Below are positions 34,882 to 46,290 of a DNA stretch of 57,002 bases, one piece after another. The translations under genes and the position numbers were made by a program. Origin of the DNA: a virus (taxonomy: Duplodnaviria; Caudoviricetes); IMG/VR virus record IMGVR_UViG_3300020045_013711, positions 1-57,002 of that record. One strand, given 5' to 3'. Each line of letters starts with the position of its first letter. Position 1 is the first letter of the stretch. A model generated the notes under the pieces. The model searched no databases, was not told where the DNA came from, and saw nothing but the letters and a program-made list of their open reading frames with translations.

Positions 34882-37596
34882 TCAATTAGTTTTATACGTA
34901 AAGCTTATTGAAGCGTTGCCTGTAGTGGTATTTATAGACGTGAATACTACTTGCATTTTTGTTGTATCCATATCTCTTACCCTCATTAGCGTTATGTCAG
35001 ACCCACTAAAAGACATCCCCTCTCCGCAATTAGTTCCAGCTATTGGCGCGCTGGTTCTTGTTACTGGTAACGATATTGTATATTCAGAGTTGGCGGACGT
35101 GGCAGTAGGTCTGACTTGAAAACTAACATAAACAGTTACAATATTTCCAATTTTTGTGTAATACGCATTTTCAAGAGTCCCTATAGTAGTTATATTTGTA
35201 ACGCCTGTTAGTGTAGGTGTATATGTCCCGCTGGAAACGGCGTTAGTAACAAAAGCAGTATTAGCTATAGTTAAATCATTGTCCCCTGCTGGTGCTGTTG
35301 GCGCTGTTGGGTTTCCTGTTAATGCTGGTGAATCTAAAGGCGCACTTTCCAACCATGCTGACCATGTAGTGCCGCTGTTACTAGAAGATCTTACCGCAAC
35401 TCGGCTATTTCCGCTACCGTATGCAACTTGTGTTATAAATGTACTACCGAATCCTCTTAATACAGAAAAAACTCTAGAGGTAAATGTTGGTTTTACTCCT
35501 GTTGAGCTTGTAGATATTTGATAAATACCTTCCGAGGTCAATACGTCTATACTTTCTCCTCCTCCTCCGTAAGTAGGTTTTATTGGCAAATATCCTGTAT
35601 TAGCTGTATATGCAGATAAAGCAGGAAAAATATATGCAGGAGCATCTGCAGATGTAAATGAATCAGCAAAAGTAATAGCTTGTGGTGCCCCAGGTGTCTC
35701 AACTGACGCTAAACCGCCATAATGATTCCCGACATTAATCATATACGCTTCGGTAGTTAAGCTAATTCTAAAGGAGTGCGTACTTCCGTAAGATGTACAA
35801 CCTCTATTGTACATATAGCTTATTGACCCTGCCGTAGGTTGTATATTAAAATCAAAATTAGGTGCCTCTATTAATGGTACAGCACTGTTAAAACATTCAA
35901 CACCTACATTATATGTAATTCCTCCACCCTGATCTGCTACATTAGGACCATAATTGTTGTAATATTTACAATTCAATCTAAGAATGTATGAAGTTCTATG
36001 ACTACTACTTCCGTTAACAGATTCAGATATTCCCCTAAGACCATTATTAAATGCTTGGCAATTTATTTCAACGATATCCATATTATTATCGTTATCAGAT
36101 ACGTAATTAAACCCATCTCTTGAATTACCGTAAGCAATGCAATTCTCAAATATAGTAAGTTTATTGTATCTATTTCGAGAACCTTCTCCTCCATTAGCTA
36201 TATACGTAGATGATTGAGCGTATAGAAATTTACAATTATCGCTTAAAGCAACTAATGTTGAATTACTACCTTCTACTGAATCAGAACCATGAGATCCACT
36301 TGAAAAACCACCACCTATAAATGTAATATCTTTAATATAGTGATACCCTGCATTTCCACTATAATCTGCATTAGGTGTACTGGCAGGGATTAATACGTTA
36401 CTATCTGGCACTCTACCATCTTCTAAGTTAACAGTAATTACGTTAGCGTTTTTATAGAAAGTGCCTAATTCTGCAATACATTCAGCCTGAGTAAAAACTT
36501 CTTTTAATTTCAATGGGAAACCATAAGAATCAGAGTATTTTAAATCTACAGCCAAGGTATTACTTATAACAGTTGCTGAATAAGCCGTACCTGAAACCAG
36601 TGAGAAAGTTGGAAATGCTGCAGGTGCATTTGTTACTATAGAAACTCCATCAGATGCACCTATTACAAAAAAATCATCTATATTAGTATAAGATGGGTTT
36701 AAAGACCCCCAACTACTTAAATGAACTCCTTTTGAAAGGTATATCAATCTTGCTCCAATACCATAAGCGTAAGAGATTGTTTTAAACGCTGTTGCTGGTG
36801 TTTTACCATCGTTAGTGTTGTTGCCGCTTGCGAAATTTACGTAATAAGGTAACATTTTACTGATTTTATCAGATACTAATGATGATACTTTAAAATCAGT
36901 ATAATATCTGCTGTTTTTTTCGTAAATAGTAAAAGGTCTGAAAGTGAATATATCAGGATATTCTACTTTAACCCGTGTGTTATAAACGTTTTCTAAAGCT
37001 GTATCTAATGAATTAAAAGCATCTGTAGCCGTTGCTCCATCTACATCACTATTATTAAGAACATCATCTGTTGTAATATCTAAAACAACAGGAGGTACAT
37101 ATCCAATAGTTGAATCAGTAACATTAATTACTGTAACCAAAACAGTATTTAATGGAGTATTTGGAGTTGGTGAAATCCCCTCTGTTTCTGGCCCAACAAT
37201 ACGATAAATTAAATTTGATTCATCACCAACTAAAATGTCATTTCTTGTATATCCTGTTTCAGCATAATCAACTGTTTCAGTAAAGTCAGAAGCTAATTCG
37301 TGGTTTATATTATTAATTATCCAGTCGGCTCCAGCATCAACGGTTACATCATTACCTAATACCGATATAGTTGCTTCAATAAGTTGATTTTGCCTATAAG
37401 ATAATGCTGCATCAAGTATTTGCTGAACCGTAATAAATTCAGATTCATTTTCTGGATTTGAAACATGAATTTTAGATGCTGGATTTAAAATATTTTGCCA
37501 ATCTAATTCAAATATCTTTCTGGCCGATGTGGTTATTTGGTTTAACCTATTTGTTAAGTTTGCTACTGCTTGTGTAATATCTGTTTGCCAACTCAT
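34882..37596 (-). CDS. tail fibre/spike with probable beta-helix (depolymerase-like) domain
   Basis: 904 aa; GNNTNDGKTPATAFKTI, ENCIAYGNSRDGF repeats; SPALTGNPTAPT...IANTAFV fibre motif. Confidence 0.75.
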   Translation of the reverse strand: MSWQTDITQAVANLTNRLNQITTSARKIFELDWQNILNPASKIHVSNPENESEFITVQQILDAALSYRQNQLIEATISVLGNDVTVDAGADWIINNINHELASDFTETVDYAETGYTRNDILVGDESNLIYRIVGPETEGISPTPNTPLNTVLVTVINVTDSTIGYVPPVVLDITTDDVLNNSDVDGATATDAFNSLDTALENVYNTRVKVEYPDIFTFRPFTIYEKNSRYYTDFKVSSLVSDKISKMLPYYVNFASGNNTNDGKTPATAFKTISYAYGIGARLIYLSKGVHLSSWGSLNPSYTNIDDFFVIGASDGVSIVTNAPAAFPTFSLVSGTAYSATVISNTLAVDLKYSDSYGFPLKLKEVFTQAECIAELGTFYKNANVITVNLEDGRVPDSNVLIPASTPNADYSGNAGYHYIKDITFIGGGFSSGSHGSDSVEGSNSTLVALSDNCKFLYAQSSTYIANGGEGSRNRYNKLTIFENCIAYGNSRDGFNYVSDNDNNMDIVEINCQAFNNGLRGISESVNGSSSHRTSYILRLNCKYYNNYGPNVADQGGGITYNVGVECFNSAVPLIEAPNFDFNIQPTAGSISYMYNRGCTSYGSTHSFRISLTTEAYMINVGNHYGGLASVETPGAPQAITFADSFTSADAPAYIFPALSAYTANTGYLPIKPTYGGGGESIDVLTSEGIYQISTSSTGVKPTFTSRVFSVLRGFGSTFITQVAYGSGNSRVAVRSSSNSGTTWSAWLESAPLDSPALTGNPTAPTAPAGDNDLTIANTAFVTNAVSSGTYTPTLTGVTNITTIGTLENAYYTKIGNIVTVYVSFQVRPTATSANSEYTISLPVTRTSAPIAGTNCGEGMSFSGSDITLMRVRDMDTTKMQVVFTSINTTTGNASISFTYKTN

Positions 37597-37616
37597 TGTC
37601 TTATGTTTTAGTTTTA

Positions 37617-37651
37617 CAAATGTAATGAAATAAATTAGAATGATTCTAAAT
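37617..37651 (-). promoter_or_regulatory. promoter TACATTTG with TTAGAAT-G-ATTCTAA palindrome
   Basis: caaatgta at 37617; aattagaatgattctaaat at 37633. Confidence 0.6.
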
Positions 37652-37765
37652 TAGGAAATTCAAGTTTTCGAATCAATTTTTACTTTAATTTTGTGTTTAT
37701 GGTTGGATTAATTTTAATCGGTCTTGGTTTTTATGTATTTGGTTATGTGAGATCACAAATATACA

Positions 37766-40351
37766 TTAATATTCAACAAATCCTTCTTCTGTTTCAATCA
37801 AATTAGGAATTTCAACTCCTTCATCAGAATATTCAAAAGTATCATTTGATGATATATTGTAAACGTTTCCTGTTTTAACCATTGCAGCACTCAGAACATA
37901 AAGATTTGTTTCTCCAAGTGGTTCAGTATTAAAACTTGCATTTTTTACATAGGAAACACCGTTAATAATAACAATTTCGTGAGTAAGGGCAATATTTATC
38001 TTTCGCCAAATTTCTTTCGTATTTGGCTCTAAAACGAATTCATCAACTTCATACAAATCAGCACTCAATAATTTTGATGTAGTATCTGTTTTATAAGTTT
38101 CACTTTCTTCATCATATTGGCCTGTAATTTTATTGAATGGAACCCTAATTAAATGTTCTATTCCTGTTGAATAATTTATATCAGTATTACTTGTATTTTT
38201 ATAACGTATTTCAAGTAAATCTTCAACATTATTAGAAACATTTATTTCCTCACTCAAATATTCAACATCAGGAAACAAATCGTTTTCAGCATTTATCCTA
38301 ACTCTAAAAAGATTATCTTCATAATCAACCATATTAACAATGAATTCATAAACTTCAAAATTATCACGATTATAAATAGATCCAACAATAATAGATGCAT
38401 CAATACCTGTATAAACATTTGATATTACAAGAACATCAGCTGTTTTGGCTTCATCATAAATGATTTGTTCGATTTCAAACCAAGCACTATCTATTAATAA
38501 ATAATTTCCAATTCGACCCCATTCTGGAACTCCGCCATTTAAAACATAACTTCCATTTATAACATTTGTATCGAAATCATAAGTATTCCCAGCACTAAAA
38601 TAAATCCCTGTTTTTGAATTTCCTAAATCATATTTTATTGCTTGTCGTTTGTCTTTAATTCCTATGTTGTTGCTTTTTTTATAAATAGGAATTTCTGGAT
38701 ATCCATCTGAACCTTCCTCTACAACAGGCTCATTTAAAGTAGGCACGTAATCAGTTAAATCACCTTTTTGGAATTGAACTTTATCAATAAACAATCCATC
38801 AACATTATTTCCTGTAAAATTAGAACTACCACTATTGCTGTGAGTAGATAATTTTATCTCTATGTTTTCAATTGTACTTAAATTAACTTTCATAGATATT
38901 CTGTAATATCCATCATCTTCAGCGGTGTAAGCTGAACTTATAAAAGTAAAACCTCCAAATCCATAATCTCCAAAAAAACTAAGAGTAGAAAAATCAAAAC
39001 CTGTCAATACTTGTGCGCTTTCTTCTGGATTTTGAATAGTAAAAGAAATTTTATTTAATTCATCAGGTTTTGCATACATAGATAACGTATAATCTCCAGA
39101 TTGATCACCTTTATCTATTGATTGTATTATATTATGATATCCAGAAACTGATGTAGGAATGACTTTTTTTGCGCTAAAATTAAGTAAATTTTTAATCCAA
39201 ATAGAGTTGCTAAAATCTTCGCTGTATAATAAATCATTTGATTTATCTGGTATTGGTGTTGGAATATATCCATCAACAATAACCTTTACTGTGTTTTTAC
39301 TATAATTTGATTTAAATTGAGTTGTAATAACATCTTCTGTTTTAAAGTCCTGAATTTCTTGGTAAGGCAATGGAACATCACTTTCACAACTCAAAGTATT
39401 TTCATCTGTTTTAAAAACCGTAATATCATCCCAATCAACACGCTCGGCAAATCTTAAAGAATTAGCTTTTGAAATATAAAAATATGGTTCCGTAATATTA
39501 AATTGGTCAATAGCGAAAGATTTTGAAGTTGAGCATCCAAAATTATCACGAATATAAACCGTATAATCACCGATTTCTAAACCCGAAAAAACATTTTCAG
39601 ATTGCCAATCAATATTATCTAAAGAATATTCTAATTCAAGTCCTGATAATCCAATAGGTACAATTATAGCAGTTCCACCATTAGGACTATTTGTAGATGT
39701 GATAGTAAAATTTTCAGCAGTTAAAACACTTGGAGTTGTAACTGATTTATTATCTCGTTTACCGTTTGAATCTTCAACAATTATATTTATTGTTTGACCA
39801 CGTAACCAATCAAATGAAAAAGGATTATCAGTATTTGGATTTACAACAATTGGACTTAAAATTTTTGTTGCTAAAATAGTAGTTTCAATATTTACTTTTA
39901 CATTCTGGCATTGATTTGTAGTTGCATTTGAAAAATCTGTATTTAAAATCTTAATCTCAGGAATAGCTGTTTCATTGGTGATAGTAACAACAGCTGCATA
40001 AACATCATTATGCATTAAAGAAAAATTAGCTCCAGAATAATTAGATTCTATAATGACTGTTCCTGTTCCTGTATGTATCGGACCATTAATAGAGGTAATC
40101 GTAAATAAATTAGTGGAGTTATAATCTAAATTAAAGGCATTTTTATAATTTTCAGAAGCGTAACCTATATACCTATCTGGATTAGTTTCATCAGCTAATT
40201 GAAACATAGGTAGTACAGCTTGACTAGGAGCTAGTCTTTGCTCTTTGAACATTTCAATGATATTGATATTCTTTGAAATTTCTTTTATATAAATATAATG
40301 CCCAGAAGCCGGTGCTTGATTAAATACAATTGTTACTTTTGAATATGCCAT
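37766..40351 (-). CDS. tail structural protein with internal carbohydrate-binding-like module
   Basis: 861 aa; LLYSEDFSNSIW...YTLSMYAKP...DGYYRIS...TDYVPT insert. Confidence 0.7.
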   Translation of the reverse strand: MAYSKVTIVFNQAPASGHYIYIKEISKNINIIEMFKEQRLAPSQAVLPMFQLADETNPDRYIGYASENYKNAFNLDYNSTNLFTITSINGPIHTGTGTVIIESNYSGANFSLMHNDVYAAVVTITNETAIPEIKILNTDFSNATTNQCQNVKVNIETTILATKILSPIVVNPNTDNPFSFDWLRGQTINIIVEDSNGKRDNKSVTTPSVLTAENFTITSTNSPNGGTAIIVPIGLSGLELEYSLDNIDWQSENVFSGLEIGDYTVYIRDNFGCSTSKSFAIDQFNITEPYFYISKANSLRFAERVDWDDITVFKTDENTLSCESDVPLPYQEIQDFKTEDVITTQFKSNYSKNTVKVIVDGYIPTPIPDKSNDLLYSEDFSNSIWIKNLLNFSAKKVIPTSVSGYHNIIQSIDKGDQSGDYTLSMYAKPDELNKISFTIQNPEESAQVLTGFDFSTLSFFGDYGFGGFTFISSAYTAEDDGYYRISMKVNLSTIENIEIKLSTHSNSGSSNFTGNNVDGLFIDKVQFQKGDLTDYVPTLNEPVVEEGSDGYPEIPIYKKSNNIGIKDKRQAIKYDLGNSKTGIYFSAGNTYDFDTNVINGSYVLNGGVPEWGRIGNYLLIDSAWFEIEQIIYDEAKTADVLVISNVYTGIDASIIVGSIYNRDNFEVYEFIVNMVDYEDNLFRVRINAENDLFPDVEYLSEEINVSNNVEDLLEIRYKNTSNTDINYSTGIEHLIRVPFNKITGQYDEESETYKTDTTSKLLSADLYEVDEFVLEPNTKEIWRKINIALTHEIVIINGVSYVKNASFNTEPLGETNLYVLSAAMVKTGNVYNISSNDTFEYSDEGVEIPNLIETEEGFVEY

Positions 40352-40355
40352 ATCT

Positions 40356-42587
40356 TTAATTATTAAATTTTATCACTTTAAATTTTCCCTCAGCCATCGG
40401 CTTAATACTTAATATAAAACCTCTTTCTATTTCGCCGTCCTCATTAATGAATTCTACTAATCCATACATGTTTTTTATTTTTTTACCTTGTATTTCAGTA
40501 CTTCCATTAATTTGCTGCATAACTCCGTAATCACAAATGTGGTCAAACTCTATTTCTTCACAAACAAATCTAGATCTTTCTAATTCTGAATTTTGAATTA
40601 TTCCATCTTCTGCATATTCTGGATTACCTATTAACTGTGTTTTCATTTTTGAATTAGCAACTGAACTTGCATAACTTACAAAATCACTAAGATATTTCGT
40701 GAATCCAGATCCAAAATACCAACCATGGCGTAATAATATATTGAAAGGTGAAAATCTTAAATTAAAAGCAGTATTAGGACTAAAAATGCCTGTTGGAGCT
40801 TTTACAAAATCATCTTGCCATTTACGCTGTAAAAATACATTATTCAAACCTCTTTTTAAATCTTGAAACCAAATATCATTATCATACGGAGTATCTTCAG
40901 TATTATTTAATGAAACTGGTTTTCTTCTAGCAAATTCAAATCCATATGCATCAGCACGAATTTTAGAAACTTTAGTAAATACATTTTTCAATCTACTGAT
41001 GACAGTTGTAAATTTTGATTTTGTATTAGGTTCGTCAAGTCCCATTGCTTCCTGATAATCACCGCCTTTTTCATATCCAAATTCCAATGATGAATAATAA
41101 TAATCTGCCGCTTCTGATCGTTTTACTTTTTTTATCTGATTTGGCAGCCTTATCAAAACATTTCTATTGTAAAAATGAGACAACTCTTCAATTACAACAA
41201 CATCTTTATTGCCCTCTTTTTCAATACCAAATCCGATATTAATTGCGCTGTGCGTTGATTCAAAAACCTCTTTAAATGATGTGGTTAATGGTTTAAAAAG
41301 ATTTTCAATTTTTGGGTTTTCGCTAGGTATAGGTAATTTATCAAAACCACGTATCCAAAAACCATGACTAAAACCAATTAAAGACCATTTTCCATCAACA
41401 TCATAACCTAAATCAGTACGGCCAAATAAACTGCTTCTAAGTGAATTTTTTTGATTTGTACATATTGTGATTAATCTATCAAACATTTCATAAATCAATA
41501 CTGATTTAGAAATACTTTTATCAAAAAACGAATCTTCTTCTATTGTAAAATTATCACAAACAATATCTTTTACAGCGATTGTTAATCTTGATGAATGAAG
41601 TGCATCACCATCATAATTTTGGTCAAAACATAAACTTAAAGAATCACCTTTTTCAACTGTAACAACTTTATCATAAGTAATTGAAAATCTTTTATTGTCT
41701 AAGTCTGAATAATTATTTTTGGTGAATAAAAAATCATTTGATTTTAAAGTGTATTCAGTACTATTTTCATAATGGGCCATTCTTAACCAAAACTGAAAAT
41801 TATCAACATCATCCATTACAGTAATATCAACAGTAAAATCAATCCTGAATTTAATATGTAATACTCTTATTGAATCAGAATTAGCAAAAAATAAATTACT
41901 TACTTCACCATTTGCATTTCTATCCCAATTATTATCTCCTGTATTTCCTCCAGGTAAAACAGATTGCGCATTTTCATGTGATTTACTAATTAAATTTAAA
42001 GGTACGCCAACAGTAGAACCTCTTGTATTACCAGCACCTGTATTATCGTTTAACTCTACACTATTTTCATCAGGCTGTACTTTATAATCACTTTTTAGAA
42101 AAATTTCACGTCCATCAACGCCAACTTCTATTGGTATTAAATCATCAATAGGATAACGGTCAATTGTCGTTATCCTATCTATTTCTACTTGCTCTGAATC
42201 TCTTGATTTTAAAAGCTGTTCCAACCCCCCTGAATTGAATTTTACAGAAACTTTTCCATCTTCATTTTCATAAGTTGATAAATCCAAAAATCCAAAATAT
42301 GTTTGTGTCCAAATATCTGAAACAGGGTCACGTTCTTCACGAATCAATTTTATTTCTGCTTCGATTCCATATAAAGCACGAATTAATTTAATGTGTTCGG
42401 CACCATCCAAAACAAATTTAAGACTATTTGAAAACTGTTGAAATACGCCATGTGATGTTTTACTTCTTTCAAGTTCAATATTATCAGTTCGCCATCCCTC
42501 CGGCTCAATAATAGTTTTATCTGAGAAATTTATGTTTCTCAGAATATATCTAATTCTATCGCTATATCCTTGGTTAACTCTTCCCAT
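40356..42587 (-). CDS. tail tip / baseplate-hub structural protein
   Basis: 743 aa directly after the tape measure gene. Confidence 0.65.
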   Translation of the reverse strand: MGRVNQGYSDRIRYILRNINFSDKTIIEPEGWRTDNIELERSKTSHGVFQQFSNSLKFVLDGAEHIKLIRALYGIEAEIKLIREERDPVSDIWTQTYFGFLDLSTYENEDGKVSVKFNSGGLEQLLKSRDSEQVEIDRITTIDRYPIDDLIPIEVGVDGREIFLKSDYKVQPDENSVELNDNTGAGNTRGSTVGVPLNLISKSHENAQSVLPGGNTGDNNWDRNANGEVSNLFFANSDSIRVLHIKFRIDFTVDITVMDDVDNFQFWLRMAHYENSTEYTLKSNDFLFTKNNYSDLDNKRFSITYDKVVTVEKGDSLSLCFDQNYDGDALHSSRLTIAVKDIVCDNFTIEEDSFFDKSISKSVLIYEMFDRLITICTNQKNSLRSSLFGRTDLGYDVDGKWSLIGFSHGFWIRGFDKLPIPSENPKIENLFKPLTTSFKEVFESTHSAINIGFGIEKEGNKDVVVIEELSHFYNRNVLIRLPNQIKKVKRSEAADYYYSSLEFGYEKGGDYQEAMGLDEPNTKSKFTTVISRLKNVFTKVSKIRADAYGFEFARRKPVSLNNTEDTPYDNDIWFQDLKRGLNNVFLQRKWQDDFVKAPTGIFSPNTAFNLRFSPFNILLRHGWYFGSGFTKYLSDFVSYASSVANSKMKTQLIGNPEYAEDGIIQNSELERSRFVCEEIEFDHICDYGVMQQINGSTEIQGKKIKNMYGLVEFINEDGEIERGFILSIKPMAEGKFKVIKFNN

Positions 42588-45500
42588 TAAAATTGATTTT
42601 TAAGTTTCCATAATGCGTGTGACAAATCTACATTATTTTGTTCTGATTTTGATGGTTTGTTTTGCTTTGTAACTTTTATAAGTTGGTCAATTTTACGAAC
42701 AAATTCAGGGTCTTTTTTATCTTTTATAAATACTAATTTTTGGAATTCATTTATTTTTTTTGCTTCTAATTCTACATCTTTACCAACTCTTTTTCGTTGT
42801 TTTGATGTATAATCATCAACAGATTTATAAACGCTATCGCCTTGCATCAATTGAACTAAAGTATCTTTATTTGGCGTGATTTCAATTTCTCCTGATTTTC
42901 TTTCGATAACCTCAGATACACCACCATCACCAACAACAGCCATCTCTTTTTTACCTCCTTTTCTACCCATTTTATATTTAGGTATTGGAGTAGCAATAAC
43001 TGCCGCTAATTGAATACCTGCAATGGCGGCAGTAAGAGCGGCGAAAGCAAATGAAGCTGGAGGTGCAACTGTAAGAGCAGCGGTAACTGCAACACCTAAA
43101 TTTAATGCGGCTTGAGCAATTGCAAGAGCTTTATTAAATTTAGCTTGTTTTTCTTGTTCTTTACGTTTTTTCTTTTGTAATTCTTCTTCTTTTTTTGCAC
43201 GTTCTATTTCTAAAAGAGCTTTCTGAGCCTCATCTTCTCCTGCAAGCTCCATCTGCTTATCATAAAACTCATTATTTTTTTCAATCTCTACATCTATATT
43301 TTGAATTTTTCTTTCAAATAATGCATTTGCCAAATCTCCTAATGCCATTGATAAATCAGATGCGATATCTCTAATATCTTCAGCTAGTCTTAATTCTTTA
43401 TCTACTATTTTTTCATTTCTCTTGTCGTATTCATCAAGTTCTTTTTCAGAAATATCAGATTTTGCTTTACTTAATTTTTCAACAATCTCTAGTCTTTTTT
43501 CAGCAGTTAATCGTTCTTTGTCTGGTAATAAATCAGAAGCGTTTAATTCATCTTGCAGAGTATCGGCTTGAGCTCTTAAAGAAGCTAATGCAGCTTTCTT
43601 TTTAATCTGAAAAATTCGTTCTTCATGCGCCGCTGTTAATTTTTCACGCTCTTCTTGATTAGTTTGTTCTAAATCGCCTAATTCCTTGAATCTTGTATTT
43701 TCCAATTCAAGTTCTTTATTCATGTTTTCATTAATTCGAGAAACACGTTTATCTAAAGATTTTTGATATGATGCTTCATCAAATTCACGAATTTTATCAA
43801 TATCCTTTTGAGATTTTTTATTTACATCTTCTATTTTGGCAGCTGCTTCACGTTCAATAAACAATCTTTGATTTGCATTCATTTCTTCACCTTTAACAAC
43901 AAATTTATCAGCATCTAATTTGTGTTTTTTAGTAAGTTCAGCTAATGCAATTTCATTTTTATTTATATTTTCAACCGCCTTAATACGAACATCATCTTTC
44001 AATTTTTCATCAGATGCAATTTCATCATTGATTTTAATTAAACGTTCTAAACGTTGGCGTTCCAATTCATAAAGAGCATCGTTTAATGCTTTGGCGCGTT
44101 TCAAAGCATCTTTAGTTTCTTTTTCAGTTGGTCCTGTATCGCCTGTTGTGGTTGCTGTGGGGTCTGTTTTCTTTTTTAAAGAAAGTTTTTTTGCTTCTGC
44201 CTGCTTAATTACCTCTTCTTGGAGTGCAATAGCTTTAAGTAATTTCTCTTTTTGAAGCTTTAAATCTTTTCCGCTTGGACCGGTTATGTTTATAGCGAAT
44301 GGATTAAAATCTTTTAAAGCTTTTTGGTTTTTTAAAAATTCTTCATATAAAACTTTTCTTTGATTAAATGCGGCTTTTCTAATTGCTTCAATTTGTCCTT
44401 CTACATCTTTTGAACCAAACGACATAGCAAAATTAAATTGTTGTTCAAATGTTTTTGCTCCCTCGGCAGTTCCTGCTTGTTTAGCTTTTGTAAATAATTC
44501 ATCCCATGAAGTATTTAATCGAATCAATCCTTTTAACGCACTTTCAGCACCATCAACCCAAAATTTAAAAAATTCTGAAATAGCACCAGAACCCTTTCCA
44601 ATAGAAAGTACCAAACTATCATAAGTGCTTTTTAAAAGTTCTGTTTTTCCAGTTAAAGTATTCATTCTAACCGCCGCTTGTTCTTCGGCTGTTCCAACCT
44701 CTCCCATTTGACCAATTAATTCTTTTAATCTATCATTATGAGAAAGTACATTAATTGCCGCAGTTGCGTTTTCAAGTCCAAAAATCTTAACTATAGATGC
44801 ATTATCTTTTAATAATGGTTTTAATTGAGCAAGTTTATCAGCAACAGGAATAGTTTTATCTTTCAACATTTCCATTGAAATACCTAATCTTTCTAATTCA
44901 GCACGTGCATTTTTTGGCAATGCATCAGGTGCGGAAATTTTTAAAAGTATATTCCTTAAAGCGGTTCCAGCATCAGCACCTTTTAATCCATTTTCAGCAA
45001 GCAATTCAACTAATGCAGCACTTTCTTTTATATTAATATTTGAACTACGTGCAACAGCTCCAAATCTCAATAATGCTTCTGTTAGTTGTGGAATTTCAGC
45101 AGAACCAAATTTAGCACCATTAGCCAACGCATCAATAAAGGATTGCGCTTCTTCTGCTCCTGCTCCAAATTGATTTAATGCATCTGTCAAAGCAGTTGCC
45201 GCTTCGGGCAATTCCATTCCTGCTGCTTGTGATAAAGTAATTGCTGCTTCTGTTACCTGATTCAATGCTTTTACATTTGAAAGTAATTCTGGTTTTGCGC
45301 TTGCAATTAATTTATAAGCTTCCACAACTGCTTTTGCACCGCCTCCAACTCTTTGACCTAAATCAATAGCTGAATTTTTAAGAAAATCTAAATCTTTACC
45401 GGTAGCTCCTGTAATAGAACTTAAATCTGCTAATGATTGTTCAAATTCTTTTATTGTTTTATAAGCACCTGCCAATACTGCTGCAAAAGCTTGAATACCT

Positions 45501-46186
45501 CCAACAAATCCAAGTGCTCCAATTAAATTTTTGATTCCATTTGTAAAAGCATTTAACTTTGGATAATTACCAACTGATTTATGAAAATCACCAACGGCCT
45601 GATCAGCATGACGAACTCTTTTATCTAAAGCATCAAATGTTTTTGTCGCTTCTTTAATTGCGGCAATATCTTTTGTTTCAGCAGCTAATAAATCAAGAAG
45701 AACCTTTTTAGCATCAGTTCTTGACTTATTCAATTTTGTATAAGCGCCAACCAAACCTAATCTTTCACGAGCTTCTTCTTTTAAAACACGATTGTTTATT
45801 TCATTTTGAACTCTTTCTTCAACTGTAAGTTTTGTATTTGATTTTTTTACAGATGCTTGTTTTGATTCTAAATCAAGTTTCTTTTTTTGGGTTTCAATAG
45901 TTGATTTTTCAATTTTATCCAAAGAAAGAACGGCCGATTCTTTAAGTTTTATTGCATCAATTGATTTTTTAGTTTCTAATTGTTGTTGTTGTATTAAACT
46001 TACATAATCAGATTGTGATTTTATACCTTTGAATTCATTTGCTAATTTATTCATCACTTTTAATGAATCAGCAAAATCTTTATTGGCTGCAATAGCCACT
46101 TTCATATTATCCGCATATTGGGTACCAATAGTCAATGCTTTATCTTCAATAATATCTTTTTGGGTAATAACTCCATCGTTTGCCAT
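42587..46186 (-). CDS. tail tape measure protein
   Basis: 1199 aa, Ala-rich; FEQSLADLSSITGATG, GLKGADAGTALRN. Confidence 0.9.
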   Translation of the reverse strand: MANDGVITQKDIIEDKALTIGTQYADNMKVAIAANKDFADSLKVMNKLANEFKGIKSQSDYVSLIQQQQLETKKSIDAIKLKESAVLSLDKIEKSTIETQKKKLDLESKQASVKKSNTKLTVEERVQNEINNRVLKEEARERLGLVGAYTKLNKSRTDAKKVLLDLLAAETKDIAAIKEATKTFDALDKRVRHADQAVGDFHKSVGNYPKLNAFTNGIKNLIGALGFVGGIQAFAAVLAGAYKTIKEFEQSLADLSSITGATGKDLDFLKNSAIDLGQRVGGGAKAVVEAYKLIASAKPELLSNVKALNQVTEAAITLSQAAGMELPEAATALTDALNQFGAGAEEAQSFIDALANGAKFGSAEIPQLTEALLRFGAVARSSNINIKESAALVELLAENGLKGADAGTALRNILLKISAPDALPKNARAELERLGISMEMLKDKTIPVADKLAQLKPLLKDNASIVKIFGLENATAAINVLSHNDRLKELIGQMGEVGTAEEQAAVRMNTLTGKTELLKSTYDSLVLSIGKGSGAISEFFKFWVDGAESALKGLIRLNTSWDELFTKAKQAGTAEGAKTFEQQFNFAMSFGSKDVEGQIEAIRKAAFNQRKVLYEEFLKNQKALKDFNPFAINITGPSGKDLKLQKEKLLKAIALQEEVIKQAEAKKLSLKKKTDPTATTTGDTGPTEKETKDALKRAKALNDALYELERQRLERLIKINDEIASDEKLKDDVRIKAVENINKNEIALAELTKKHKLDADKFVVKGEEMNANQRLFIEREAAAKIEDVNKKSQKDIDKIREFDEASYQKSLDKRVSRINENMNKELELENTRFKELGDLEQTNQEEREKLTAAHEERIFQIKKKAALASLRAQADTLQDELNASDLLPDKERLTAEKRLEIVEKLSKAKSDISEKELDEYDKRNEKIVDKELRLAEDIRDIASDLSMALGDLANALFERKIQNIDVEIEKNNEFYDKQMELAGEDEAQKALLEIERAKKEEELQKKKRKEQEKQAKFNKALAIAQAALNLGVAVTAALTVAPPASFAFAALTAAIAGIQLAAVIATPIPKYKMGRKGGKKEMAVVGDGGVSEVIERKSGEIEITPNKDTLVQLMQGDSVYKSVDDYTSKQRKRVGKDVELEAKKINEFQKLVFIKDKKDPEFVRKIDQLIKVTKQNKPSKSEQNNVDLSHALWKLKNQF

Positions 46187-46290
46187 TTCGGTTTATGTTT
46201 TAGGGTTGTTAAAAGTTTTTAAAACCTCAATAAGTTTGTTATTAGCTTCTATACAATTTTTTACTAATATTTTATATTCTTCCATGTCAA

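Noticed and set aside
34882-40351. Diversity-generating retroelement acting on tail genes
   Set aside because: No reverse transcriptase and no template/variable repeat pair seen.
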